From Intoshia linei (lineage: Eukaryota > Animalia > Orthonectida), in NCBI GenBank assembly GCA_001642005.1, contig LWCA01000243.1, forward strand, positions 1 to 37,005: a stretch of DNA of 37,005 nt, in the 5' to 3' direction. Of this stretch, positions 1 to 13,100 are shown one piece after another. Position 1 is the first letter of the stretch; every line of letters starts with the position of its first letter. Under the pieces are notes generated by a model, which saw only the letters and a program-made list of their open reading frames with translations, was not told the DNA's origin and did no database searches. A program made the position numbers and the translations under genes.

Positions 1-291
1 ATATTTTTCTGCGAATTCTTTCTAATCTTTTGCAAAAAATATTTTTGGCTTAAATTGGTTTTTAAATAAATCTAAGTAAAATTCTAATTAATCGAACTAA
101 ATCGAGATATTACTGTATAAAATTATCAATTATAGATGTGCAATGCACATTGTGCATGTAACAAAAGGCCTCAAGTCACAGGATCAATTGTTCATGTAAG
201 GACATGTAATGTTATGTCATCTATATTGTTTTAATAAATTAAAACCTTTTTCATTTATATTACAAAACATAATTACATTTTTTTTAAATTT

Positions 292-333
292 AGGGGTGTA
301 ACTGCATCTTCTGCACCCCCTTGAATCCGCCAT
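292..333. mobile_element. GC-rich MITE terminus (partner end not seen)
   Basis: TAGGGGTGTAACTGCATCTTCTGCACCCCCTTGAATCCGCCA is a GC-rich hairpin-like end typical of MITEs. Confidence 0.35.
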
Positions 334-595
334 TACCATTTAGAAATATATTACTGAATATTAAAGAACCAACTCTGGCGTGTTTTTAAGATTAATTAAA
401 TATAGTTAATCACAATGGCGTGTAACACACATGCAGACCCGAACTATCGTGGTCAAAAACCTCTCCAGAGGGCCAAAGGCAAGATTTGTAAAATGGTCCA
501 TCAATTTCCAAAATGAGCACTTAATAATTATATTTTTGAATAGCGTAAATGTTTTTTATTAACAATTTGTAAATTCAAATGGTCTAGTCAAAACA

Positions 596-1032
596 CGTGG
601 AGAGGTGGATAGGGCTATATGGCATTACGTATCGTTTGTGAAAAATATTTACTTGACTTTTGATTTAAGGGGTGACATCCTGTGTGGGACGGTTGGCTCT
701 GCAGACATTGTACACACACGCACATTAACAGACTAACGATTATATCATGTCAGATAATGTCATAAAAATATATTATAGAAGGGTTGAGGGTCGTGGAGAG
801 CCAGCAGTAGGCCCGAACCAAATGGAAATTACAGGCCAATAAAAAAATTTTTTTAAAAATGTGACCTATATACATTACCTAATCAATTGTTCATTATTTA
901 AAAATTAAAAATAACTAATAGAACATTTTATTATACGATAATTTTGGTTTACTTGAGAAATTTTCCAAAATTACCTATTAATAAATTAAAAAATTAGGCC
1001 CGCGCCATATGGCCCCTAGCCACCTCTCCACG
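596..1032. mobile_element. Non-autonomous TIR element (MITE)
   Basis: Imperfect TIRs of about 28 bp: CGTGGAGAGGTGGATAGGGCTATATGGC, and right-end reverse complement CGTGGAGAGGTGGCTAGGGGCCATATGGC. A related terminus lies at about 4040-4068. Confidence 0.65.
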
Positions 1033-1198
1033 GTCATAGAGGGGTTTATGTATCAAAACATTCAATTTTCTAATGTTGCAATATGAAAAATATTGGGCAA
1101 TTAGAGGAGGAAATATTGTTTATCATTTTATACATTATTATTATTGTTAATAAATGTATTTTCCCTTGTTATAAATGCTTATATAATTTATTTTCTAG

Positions 1199-4100
1199 AA
1201 ATTTTAACATATTTTATGCCATTTTCCATGGACTACCAGAAAATTTATGTAAAGAATTTCATATATCTGAAAACCACAATTTTAAAATTTTAAATATAGT
1301 AATATTTATAAATATAAAAAATAATTGTATAGTTGCGTTGTTATCAACATTATCCAGTATTATATTCCAATTTTTGGAATACAGATTTATATTATGTAAT
1401 AATTGTAGAATACCATTGATGGAACACTTCAAAAGTGGAACAGTCAAAATTTAAAGTTCAGTTCAGTTTAATATTTATTTTATTGGCATAAAATATTACT
1501 GTTCAAAGATTTCTTCACTGCATACAACTATTGCCATCCACCTAAAAAATTTAATTTAGATAAATCTAACCTCGATTATATCATAGCTTTTCATCCATAT
1601 TGCTTATTGAGCTGTGTTATCAAAAATGAGATGTGTATTTATTGAATGATTATATACATTTTTTTTATTTTTTATAAATTAATTATAATTTATTTATTAA
1701 AAACATGATAAATTCTGCTCTTTTAGTTTGATTTTATAATTGCATTGGATAAAAAAATATTTATGGTGTTCACACCAAAGAATATTTTTTAATATGGTTT
1801 GTAGGTTAAAAATTAATCTTAATATTTCAGTTTTAAATTAGTGTGGCCAGAAAAAAGACGTACTATCAATTTTAGTTTATTTGATGGTAAATGTAAAGCC
1901 AAAACTACTTATCTATGATGACGAATAAAAATTTTCGGCTTAAAATTTATTCTAAATAAACTATTAGTGATAGTACGTCTTTTTTCTAGCCACACTATTT
2001 AAATTAAGTCTATAGTGGATGAATTTGTATGAAGCTATATTGATAATTCAAAGTTAATTGTTTAGTTTTTCAGTCTTAACTTAGGTTGTAGGCACCATTA
2101 TTCAATTTATAATATAATCAGATGTAAAGAAAAGAAAAAAGATTTTCTGATAAATAAACAATGAATAAATCGATTGGAAACATAAAGAATTTATACTAAA
2201 AAACACACTTTAATTAATTTTTTTATTTGCATTAGAAACAACTCTACTTACAATGTTATCGTCCAATTCTGACTGCACTATTAACTTGACCAGATTTACC
2301 ATACTAGCCGATTATTATCATTTATAGTTATAATAAAGTTTATTTATAGTTTGTAATTTTTAATTAAATTTATTTAAATTGAACTTTAAATTTTGACTGT
2401 TCCACTTTTGGGGATGTCCCATCAATGGTATACGGCAATAATTAATGGGAAAATTAAGATACTCGGTTTCAGTGATTGAAAATTTTTTTTAAATTCCCTT
2501 TTACAAATGTAGCAAATTCAAAAATGATCCTCTAATTCGGAATAAACATTAATGGGTAAATAAAATAATAAATATGTAATAGAATTTTTTTTCAATGTAC
2601 AATTTTTCTAATTAATAATAACTTATTTCTAACTGTTTAAGTAGACAAGGTCTTATGGATTTAAGGAGATTTAAGATTTAAGATTAAGATTTAAGGATTT
2701 AAGGTCAACACTTTTATGATTATTATAAAACACATTTTAGCAATAACCTTCAAAATATCCTTTAGATTTTTTTAATTTTACAAGTTTTCGATTAATAATT
2801 ATTAAATTAATATTTATTTTTATTATTATTTTGATAAATTATAAATTAAAACAATTTTTGAGATTGTTTACCAAATTTACTCATATCTTTTCGGATTGTA
2901 ATTTGCATTCCAAAAAATTAGTTAGTTTAGTTGAATAATCCATAAATGTAAGGATTATTTTGATTGATGAATATGGGCGCTAATATGATAAAGTTTCGGA
3001 ACCTCTCCTTTACACACTTTAAATTTCATAAATTTTAGATAAGCTCTGATGATGATGAGGAATTTATCGACAAATACCACAATATGGTCAAATCTATTAA
3101 AATGGCTGGAATATCTATATATTTAAGAAACAAAATATTTAAAACGCTGGTCACTATAATGCACATAGGAAATGTTGATTACGTTAAAACTTCGGTAAAT
3201 ACAATTTTATAAATTGTGTCAATCAAAAGTCAATAAGTCAAACATATGATTAATTTGGCGTATTCAATATATTGTTTAATTTAAAATTTAAATTACACTA
3301 AACAGTTTTATTTTTAAATTTAAAAAAGTGATTATTGAGTGCTAGCTTGTTTTATCTTGAAAAGTCAGATTTATGATTGATTGAGCTGAAAATTATAATT
3401 TTGGGTAAAAAATAAAGGAAGAATATTATGTAAATAAGGCATTCTCAACTCTTGAATCATGGTTGTTAATAATAAGGATAACTACATATATTTATATATG
3501 TATAATAGGGTGTCACACCCATCAAAGAATCAAAGGCAATTAGCACTAAAGGTGTGTATTTTTAAAATAGAAAAACTATTTCGCAATCAAAAACATTTAA
3601 AGCTATTGATTCGAGTTGCGTTTGTCATCTTAAATATCACTTTAAAAATATTATGGAGAAATTAAAATTGAACTCTATTTTAACGGCAATGGACGTTTGA
3701 GCTTTTCAATGTAGTACCGATTTTATAATATTGTTCTCCATGTTTAGTTATACAATTTATTTTTTTAAATTTGTTTTTAGCTAATTTTTTTTGATTTTAT
3801 TAACGATTTAATTTCTCGAATTATGGCAATTTACATTATTTAAATTGTATTCAATGCATAATAATGCATTGCATATAATTTAGTAAAAATCCTACCGTAT
3901 CCGAGATTCGACGTCGGAGGGATCTAGAAGAAAAATTTTTAAAATGGAGGCATTAATTTGCTAAATTGAACATTAAAAAAATCTTGAATAACATAAATAA
4001 TTTGTATTTTAAATTTAAAATGCCCACTTAAGAGTCTCAGAGATGTGGATAGGGTTATATAGCACTACAATTTGCTAATTTTTTTAAAGTTCGATTCTGG

Positions 4101-7100
4101 GATCTACTATCCAACTAATTTAAATCGTGAATTAGATTAAATTTAAGGCACGTGAAAATTATTAACGTTATGCAGTGAAACCTTCCTTCATTTTGAAAAA
4201 ATGTTTATAAAATGTTTACGTTCACTAATAATAATAATAAATGATCGATAATGAATAATATTATAATTTAATTTTATTTAAAATGTTTCTTGTGGACCAC
4301 CTCGAATTTCCTATGGACCACTTTTGAAACAACTGATTATTATGGATTCTTATTATTATTATTAACATATTATGGAACATAGTAAATATCATATGATATT
4401 TTCATTTCATTATTGTTCGATATTAACATAGCTGGGCATATTTATATCAAATTTTAATAATTATTAAAAGTTATAATTGAATTCATTTTCTATAACACTT
4501 TATAATAATATCACCCTTAATAGAATTCCATCCTTAATGTTCCATCAATTCATTAAATTTTTTTTAAAACAGGTTGCATAATCAATATCTGATTTTTCAG
4601 AGAATCCGAAGAAAATTTTTCGATAATCCAATAAAAAGTGAATCAGCCTTTTTGGAAAAGAATTTGGAACGTTTATTAAGAAATACACTTAGAAAAAAGT
4701 GATTTTTAGAAATGACTCAATACTGACGTAAAAAATAGAAATTTTGGCCCATATAATCATTGTTATAATTTTAATTAGTTGTAACGAAGTTTAGTGTTTA
4801 TATTTATGTAAGATTTTTCGAATAAACCCCCATTATCACATTGCATTTAACTATTATCACATTCAAAGTAATTACTATCACATCGCTTGTAATTGTTATC
4901 ACATTAACAATCGTTATTCCATTTTGAATTTAGCTATTATCACATCGATTGTAATTACTATCATATCGATAGTGAAATGGTATAGATACGGACTAGTGTG
5001 CATTCACATACTGACAATTATTTTAAACACATTTTTTATAGGAGGGCCTATAATAGTTGAATAAGACCGGGGGTCGACAATACTTTTTTTGGGCACCAGT
5101 ACAATATACAATATTATCACATATGTAGATGGATGGTGATGTTACAATAACAAATAAAGACATAATTCCAATAATTGCCGAGCTATTGGAGGTTTATTTT
5201 TATATGATAATTATACTTATAATCACATTAAGATTGAAGAAATAGTTATAAGCAGTATGCTTCTAGTTCAAGAAAAAAGAATATCAGAAGAAACTATTAT
5301 CATTCCATATACATTAGATGAGGTATCATCATAATCAACTATATATAGTTACTCATTTGTGTATTGAATCAAAATAATGAGTCATTACATGTATTACTAA
5401 CATTTAAATGATCAGTAAATCACGTTTAAAATAATGTTGATTTTATTTAGTGTAAAAGATTTCAACAATCAATTTGTAAGAGTATATACTTGTACTTATT
5501 TAAATGGATCATTAGCATAATGAACAGACAACTAAACGTATCTGATGAAAAGCTTATGGTAAACTTTATAAATGTTCTAGCTTAAATGTTATGTACTTCG
5601 TACAACCAGCAGCTAGCTCTGCTGACGGTCAACTTTTAATTGAAATCAGAAAATTAGTATATTATCTTAAAAATAATCCAATTATAGTTAAAATCGTTAT
5701 AAATATAGTCGATTCTGTTCTAGAGGAACATGAAGGGATCAGGTTTTGATCATGTGTTAATAGGATACAACTGTACAACCTGTAAAATTTTTTAAATTCG
5801 ATGGCTGTTTTCATTAAAAAAAAAAGGGGTAATTTGGGGTTTTGGCCCTGAAAATATAATTTTTTTAAATTTAAATTTATGGTAATGTATATGATTTTAA
5901 AATCCGTATCAGTGTATATATTTTTTTAAATTCTCCAATTCGTTTAATTTTTAAAAAGAGGGACAACTAGGGTTTTTGACCCGTAAGATGTGAAATTGGG
6001 AGGTTGAAATTTAATTTTAATATACTTCCCGAAAAAAACTGTAATTGAAATATGGTCTTTAAAAAATTCTAAGACGAGTAGTTATTTAAATAAAGCATAA
6101 CACACACACAGAAACAAAAATCGCGTAGCATATTATATAAGTTAGGATTTTTTTAATACTCAAATGTCGAGGCCCCAGAAGAGTGTTTCATGGTGCGGTA
6201 TGTTCTGCACTAGGTACTTATGGTAAAAATTATCCAAACCTCGTTGACTCAACGACGTTGAGTGAATGATTTACAGTTTAACACGATAACAGGCAGTTAA
6301 AGAAATTGTTCAATTAAATGTGATATTGAGTGAATTAATTGAATTATTATTAGAGATTATATATTCAGTTTTATACATTAAATTGAAACATATTTAGTTG
6401 GGTAATATCAATATAGTCGACATGTATAGATTTGAAAATTTGGTGGAAAACAATTTTGAACAATTTATCGGAAATTACATTACCGAAAAAATAGACAATG
6501 TTTTGCTATCGAGCATATTTCGATATCGGAAGGTAAATTTCTTTCGTTTCACTTCACTAATTCCAATAGATGTTGTATATGTCGGAAGGACAGGAATACT
6601 TGGAAAATAACATTTCATATATGAATGAATCTCTTTACTCTGATAAAAATTGCGGTTTATTCATACTCATCAATGAAGAATGTCGGTAATTTATACTTTT
6701 ATAACGTTTTCTCATTACTCATTATTTTTTTGTTTGTAGTTTTAATTATTTATAAATTAGATATCGAGTTGGTAATGCCGAAAGACTGTCACAAAACATT
6801 CACAGTCAAAACCCATCAACTTCAACACACATAAAAATGAAAATGTTAATATGTCATTATAAAGATACAGCAAAATATGACATTTCAGTAAATTTTTAAT
6901 TGTGAATACTTTCAAAATTTTTAGACTTTCCGGGAAAAAAATATGGACATTGCATCAGATATAATAATGCAAATTGGAATACACACAAAATCTTTATTTT
7001 TAAATGATATTATACGTATTTTTTTATTAATAATATTTATAAATTATAATTATTATTGTTATTCTCAATTTCTTTATTTTTCAACCGGAAATTTAGATTT

Positions 7101-10100
7101 TGAATTGTCATTACATGAAACACTGGCAAAATTGCGATTATTTATAAAATTTATTATAAATTTAAAATGTGCTGTTACATTGAGTAAATTTTGTCTAATA
7201 AGTACGTTAATTTGATTTAGAACAATGCAATAAGCTACAAATCAAAGGGTATATATTATAATAATATTCTATAACTTGGAATTACATTAAATCATAAAAA
7301 TCGAAAATCTAATTTTTGATCTTACTTTGCACGTTTACTTGAAAAATCTTATACAACAGTAACAATTTTGAATCACCACCGAACAGATATAAGCTGTTCA
7401 CCCAATTTTTTTTTAAATTACTTGAAAAAATTTAAGTGCACCCAAATGGAACAAAGGGTAAGAAACACTGATTATATGGAATATTATTGATAAAGTTGGG
7501 ACCACTGTACTATTTTTCAGTATTCAAGCATGTATACAATTGGATGTGAGATTTGATAGAGGTTTGATAGAAATGGATTCGCTTATGACAAAACGTTAGT
7601 TACCCTTGTTTTAATGAATATATTTTACAATATAAAAATTTTAATAGAGTTGATTGAATTTTTGCAAGATTTTTGTAACTTGACTAAGTGGCCATATTTG
7701 TATAAAATGTTAGTACCCTAGTAGAGAATCAAAAAAAAATTTGAAATTTATTTTCATTATTTTTGTGTGAATTGTAAAAATTGTAGAATTTTTTCAAAGT
7801 CCATAATATAAACAATATGAAAAGTCTGATTTAGATCTAAGTATGCATAAACAACATTTATTTACATTTTCAAAGTAAGGATTTATTTTATTTTTTTTAG
7901 AATGAAATCACGGTATTTATTAAAGAATCGACATCAATACTCAAACTTTGCAGTGTAATCAAACATTTTTCATTGATCAATATATTTTAGATTTGCCACA
8001 CTTAAAAGCAATATTGACGTATTTTTAAGTAGTATTATTAGTCTATGTAAACAGTGTACTTAGTGTATTTTTTAAATTTACTTTATCATGAATCATGATA
8101 CTTTATATAATGATATTGATCATGTTTATAATTCAGTACTTTATTTTTGGTGGCCCTTTCAGTAAATATGTAAATTATTTATTTTTAAATTTTTTCATCT
8201 TTAACACCGTTTTAAACATTTTCTACTATAATTGGCTCACTATAATCATTTTAATACTGATTTTTTACATTTATTTTTTTTTTTTACAATGGATTTTATT
8301 TTGTTGAATATATTACAACCGTTTAATTTCAGTTAAAACTGAAATGTATCATGTGTAAATATTCAAAAACGAGGCCCGTATAATTTTTTGGTATAAAAAA
8401 GTGACCCATTAGATGCAAAAGGTTGTCGACCCCTTATATACATGTATAATAAACATTAGGAGTGTGAATTTTAGTAGTTTTTTTTTTTTTTAAATTTTAT
8501 GGTGCAGGAACGGATAAAGTCGTGTATGGTAGTTTTATGGTTACACTGAATAAAAATATTTTTGAAGAATTTTTTGTCGACCCATTTCATTTCAAAAATT
8601 TCATACAAAAATGTTCTACAAAAACTAAAATAACTTTATTTACTGGAATGTTATGAGATATTGTAGGTATATTTGTAGTGGTTTTGTGTTGATCGTCATG
8701 TTTGGTTGGTAACTTTGCATCTTTGAATTTTTGTTTTTATAATGAAAATTTTTATAAAATTATGAGAACTTTAAACATCGATAAAATAATAATACATGTA
8801 TAATATACATTATATATATTAATATGTTATTAGTAAAGTATATATAATATTATCATTAAACTATATTTAATTAAAATTCACATACATGTACATAAAAAAT
8901 ATAATCTGAAAATTCCCTTTAATGTTTATCATTTATGTTCATCTATTTAGATGTTAAAAAGAGTTTCTGAAAAATCGAAAGCTGATACTGTTATATCTAA
9001 AGTTGAGGTAAATATAAAGTTACATTTTTTGATAGATTAACAACTATTTGAGTTAATTAATAGATAGCCGTGCAAGAATTAATTGAAGAAATTGAAAAAT
9101 CTGAACCTCATATTATTCGTTGCATTAATCCAAACAAACTAAAAGTAAAAATAGTTATGTTTTATTTCTACAAATCGTTAGTGCTATATGTCTACAAGTC
9201 AAGTCGACATATATTTTTTAAACGTTATTTTATTGACAGGGGTTGTAGTGCGAACATTCAGTTGAGTAACATAATCATCGATTTTGTTAATTAATCAAAA
9301 TATTTATTTTTTGACAATATTTTTGTTGTTTCTTTAATGACAATGACCAAAATTTTGTAGGATTTTGAAGGGAATATTTATCATTTTATGGGATCTTCAA
9401 AATATTTACAAATTGGTTAAAAAATTGCCTTAAGAACCCTACAAAATTATGAATATAAGATAATAAAAATAATTAATAACTATGAATAAAGAAACCGACT
9501 ATACGTTCGTGAAAAATTCAATGATATGATAGATTAGTAAAATCGATGATTATGTCGCTCTAAAACAGTGCTTTCCATCCGGTGTGTCATGACACTTTTG
9601 TGTGTCGCCAAACTTAAAATTTTATTTAATTTTTTTTTAAATTTCATTAGCAGACAATATAATTGGAAGACGTAAAAATGTAAATCAAAGATATTTTTAG
9701 TAATGATGATAAATTTTACATAGCTTATTTTTAGATTATTATTAGAAAAAAATTGGTTCAACTATATTTATTAATCAATCCTTTATTTTTTTGATTGGTG
9801 TGTCGCGAAATTTTTTGAGATTGAAATATGTGTCGCCAACCAAAAATGGTTGGAAAGCACTGCCCTAATGTGTATCGTTCCAACAGTACATCGCTCAAAC
9901 GAATGTAGCTCCAAAGAATGGAAGTTTGTTGTAGTGATAAAAATTGGATTGCTATTTTTTAAGCATTATATTATTTCAAATAGGAAAAACGACTTTTTGA
10001 TGAATCCTTCGTATACCAGCAATTGCGACATTCGACCATATTTAATCAATTCAACCTCTTATTAAAAGAATACGACAACATCATGACCAAAAATGTAATT

Positions 10101-13100
10101 ATATTCAAAATTTAGTGTATTTTCATCGTCAGAATATATGGGAGATCAAGTAGATGATGACATCATTGTGTCAAAATCTTTACTTATATAGAGAAAAAGT
10201 TGCTACAAATGTGTCTCTGTCTATCTGTGTACCATTTATTTAGAAAACTGACAGTCCCAGATATTTCAAAAACAAAACATATATTATCAGTTTACGTCCA
10301 AATAGTTATATTCATGGTCAAACCACAAATCACCTTTTTTAAAAGAATAATGTCATAAAGTTTAAAAAAATACAAATTCTGGAAATGTTTTAAAATCATA
10401 AAAATTATCATAAATCTCAACATTAAAAACTATATAAAAAATATTAACATATAATATATGTCATATATGTACATTAGGGCTATTCCATTTGTCTAATATA
10501 AAAATGACATAATAGAAAATGAGCACCGCTTAATTTGCTGCAGAATGATAATAATATTTTTTATTTTTATCCAAAAAAACCCCCGCGTCTTGAAGTTTAA
10601 AATTTTAATTTTATGATTTTTCAGTTAATTTATTGAAAATTTTAATAATTCCTTGTCGTGTTAATAAATTTAAATATAATATCAATTTTCAATTTTTAAT
10701 TAATATTATTAATTATAATATTAATGAATATTGAAATGATTTCATCATTTAAAAGTTTACAAGAAATTTCTGAAATATTTTCATATTTTGTTGAATCAAA
10801 CGGTATAATAATGACCATTGAACCTTGTGAAAGATGATTTTCGACATTAATTAATGTTATTAAATTAACTACAATTATTGTATTAAAGTTGAAAAAATAT
10901 GTTCAAAAACTATAAACAAATGTAATTCATATTTGTTTCTTTGTTCTATGTAAAAATAGTTAAAAAATATAAATAGTATCTACGGTAATAAAATATTCAA
11001 AAAAGTAATGAATTAAATTTTATAATTTTTAAACTAGTTTTACTCTTAATATTATAAACTTAACAAAATTATTTTATTACAATATTACTTAATAATTATT
11101 TGAGTAGAAGCATTTAAAATATTTTGACCCAGTTCATATAAATTCATGTCTTTTTTATGATATTATATAATTTTTTTTTATTAATATAATTAGTGTCAAA
11201 TGATCTATGTCATATCTTAAAATTATAACAAATGCATGGAAACTACGGGGGAAAAAATGTTTGGAAAATAGAAAAGGGTAAACACGCGGGGGTTTTTTGT
11301 GACCAAAATAAAAAAATTATATCATTCTGCAACAAATTAAATGGAGATTATTATCTTTATATGTCTTTTCTAAATTTTAAAAAAAAGTCTAAATTGGAAT
11401 AGCCCTAATGTACATTATGTATATTATAATATTTAGGAATTTCAATATCAATATGATTTGATATTAGTACATTACGAAACAATTGAAAATCTTTTAGTGT
11501 GTGTGGGTTCCAGTGACCATTACAAAATTGGATTAGGAAAGGTATTTTATTGCATACTATAGATTAGGCGATATTGCTTTATATTTTAAAGCATACAGAA
11601 CTTTCTATTTTCATATTATTACGTAGATGTAACCTATATTAGATTATACATAAATTGATATAATTATTTTACTTACCTGCGTGAGAAAAATAAACAATAA
11701 GAATATTAATTCACTGTAATTAAGCTTGAAAAAAGGTACTAATTAAATATTTGGAATACAATGTATTATAATACATATATCATTTATATATGTATCATTT
11801 ACTTAAATTTCTGTGTCTGAAATGATAAATCACTTAAAACTTTTTTATTTAAACGGACGGTAGCAGATATATTTAGAATCTAGATTTTAGAATATCATAA
11901 ATTAAAATTATTGAATGCCAACAAAATTAAATTATATCCACTATGCGCGGTCAGTCAACCTTATATACAAATTGTAATAATTTTTATTGTAATTGACAAT
12001 ACAATAAAATAGTAAAATAATATCAAACGTCAATATCTAAGTTATTATCTTATATTTAAGTGACCATATGAAGAGCTACTCAACCAGTTTTGCGATGTTT
12101 CCGATGTTGGTCATTATAACAATCTCATAATGTAATTAAAGTAACATTGCCATTATATAATACATAGGTGTTTCCCTCAGAGCCATCTTAAGCCACTTCG
12201 TGACCCTGGACTAAACAAAGGACCGGAGACCCTTTAAAGTTTTGAACGAAGCAATAAAAACATTTAGGGCCCCTTTTTATAAGCTGCTTTTTTGAAAATT
12301 AATAATAGAAAATCAAAGATTTCCTACTTCCTTTTTTTGAATATTCACTTAATAGAAAGATTTTAATGTTTAATCAATTTATTGATTGATTATCATTGAT
12401 TGATAATGACATTGACAATTGATTATCATATGAAATAGTTTTTATGTCAATATTATATGATGAACATTGTAGAATATATTTTAAATTAAATATTTTAACC
12501 AGAACTTTGATTCTTTAAACTATTTTCTTTCTAGCTATTTGAATTCCCCACACTTCAAAACTTATAAACTGTTTCTTAAGATATAAATGTGAAGTATTTT
12601 TTAATAAATTGGGGCCTCTTTTTAAGATATAAGTGTAAAGTACTTTTATTAATTTCGGGGCCTTTTTTAATGAGTGGCCCTGGATTACAGCCCATACTAC
12701 CATGCCTTAAAACGGCTCTGGTTATTCTAGATAAAAAAGATTGAAAATCATTGATTAATTCATTTATCAGTGACCATAATTAATAGATAAGATCTAAGAT
12801 TATAATGTATATTTTAGTCGTTACTATAAAAAAAAATCCGGAATTGTATTGACTATATGAGTGAGCAAATAAAAAATAAATACAAGTTACCCTCATAAAT
12901 ACAGTGTATACATAATATAGTACAGAGTACCATACATAACAAATAAACAAACAAAATATTTGTACAAATACATGAATATCTTAAAATGTAAATTTTAGAT
13001 TTTTCTGAATAATACAATTTTGATAAAACTTGACAAGATACAAAACATGTGTTACAAATACATTACAAAAAATATATTTAAAGTATACAGCCAAATTCAA

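Noticed and set aside
4601-4702. AG-preceded open stretch RIRRKFFDNPIKSESAF..
   Set aside because: It has no myosin similarity, and exons 3039-3194 and 5129-5191 already join in phase without a gap in the motor alignment.
4830-4970. CRISPR-like array
   Set aside because: The core is only 8 bp, the linkers are 10-15 bp and partly similar to each other, the context is a eukaryotic intron, and there are no cas genes.
8095-8307. Hydrophobic 70-aa ORF, and similar short ORFs at 3459, 9534, 12515, 13548, 14491, 23603, 27985, 31230, 31525 and 34987
   Set aside because: These have the F/I/L/K/N-rich composition expected from AT-rich non-coding or transposon DNA, and no recognisable motifs.
9182-9265. 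Possible myosin exon after a 37-nt intron (CYMSTSQV..LTGVVVRT)
   Set aside because: It runs into TGA, and the exon at 9984-10094 supplies the expected FD..V.QQLR sequence in the right phase.
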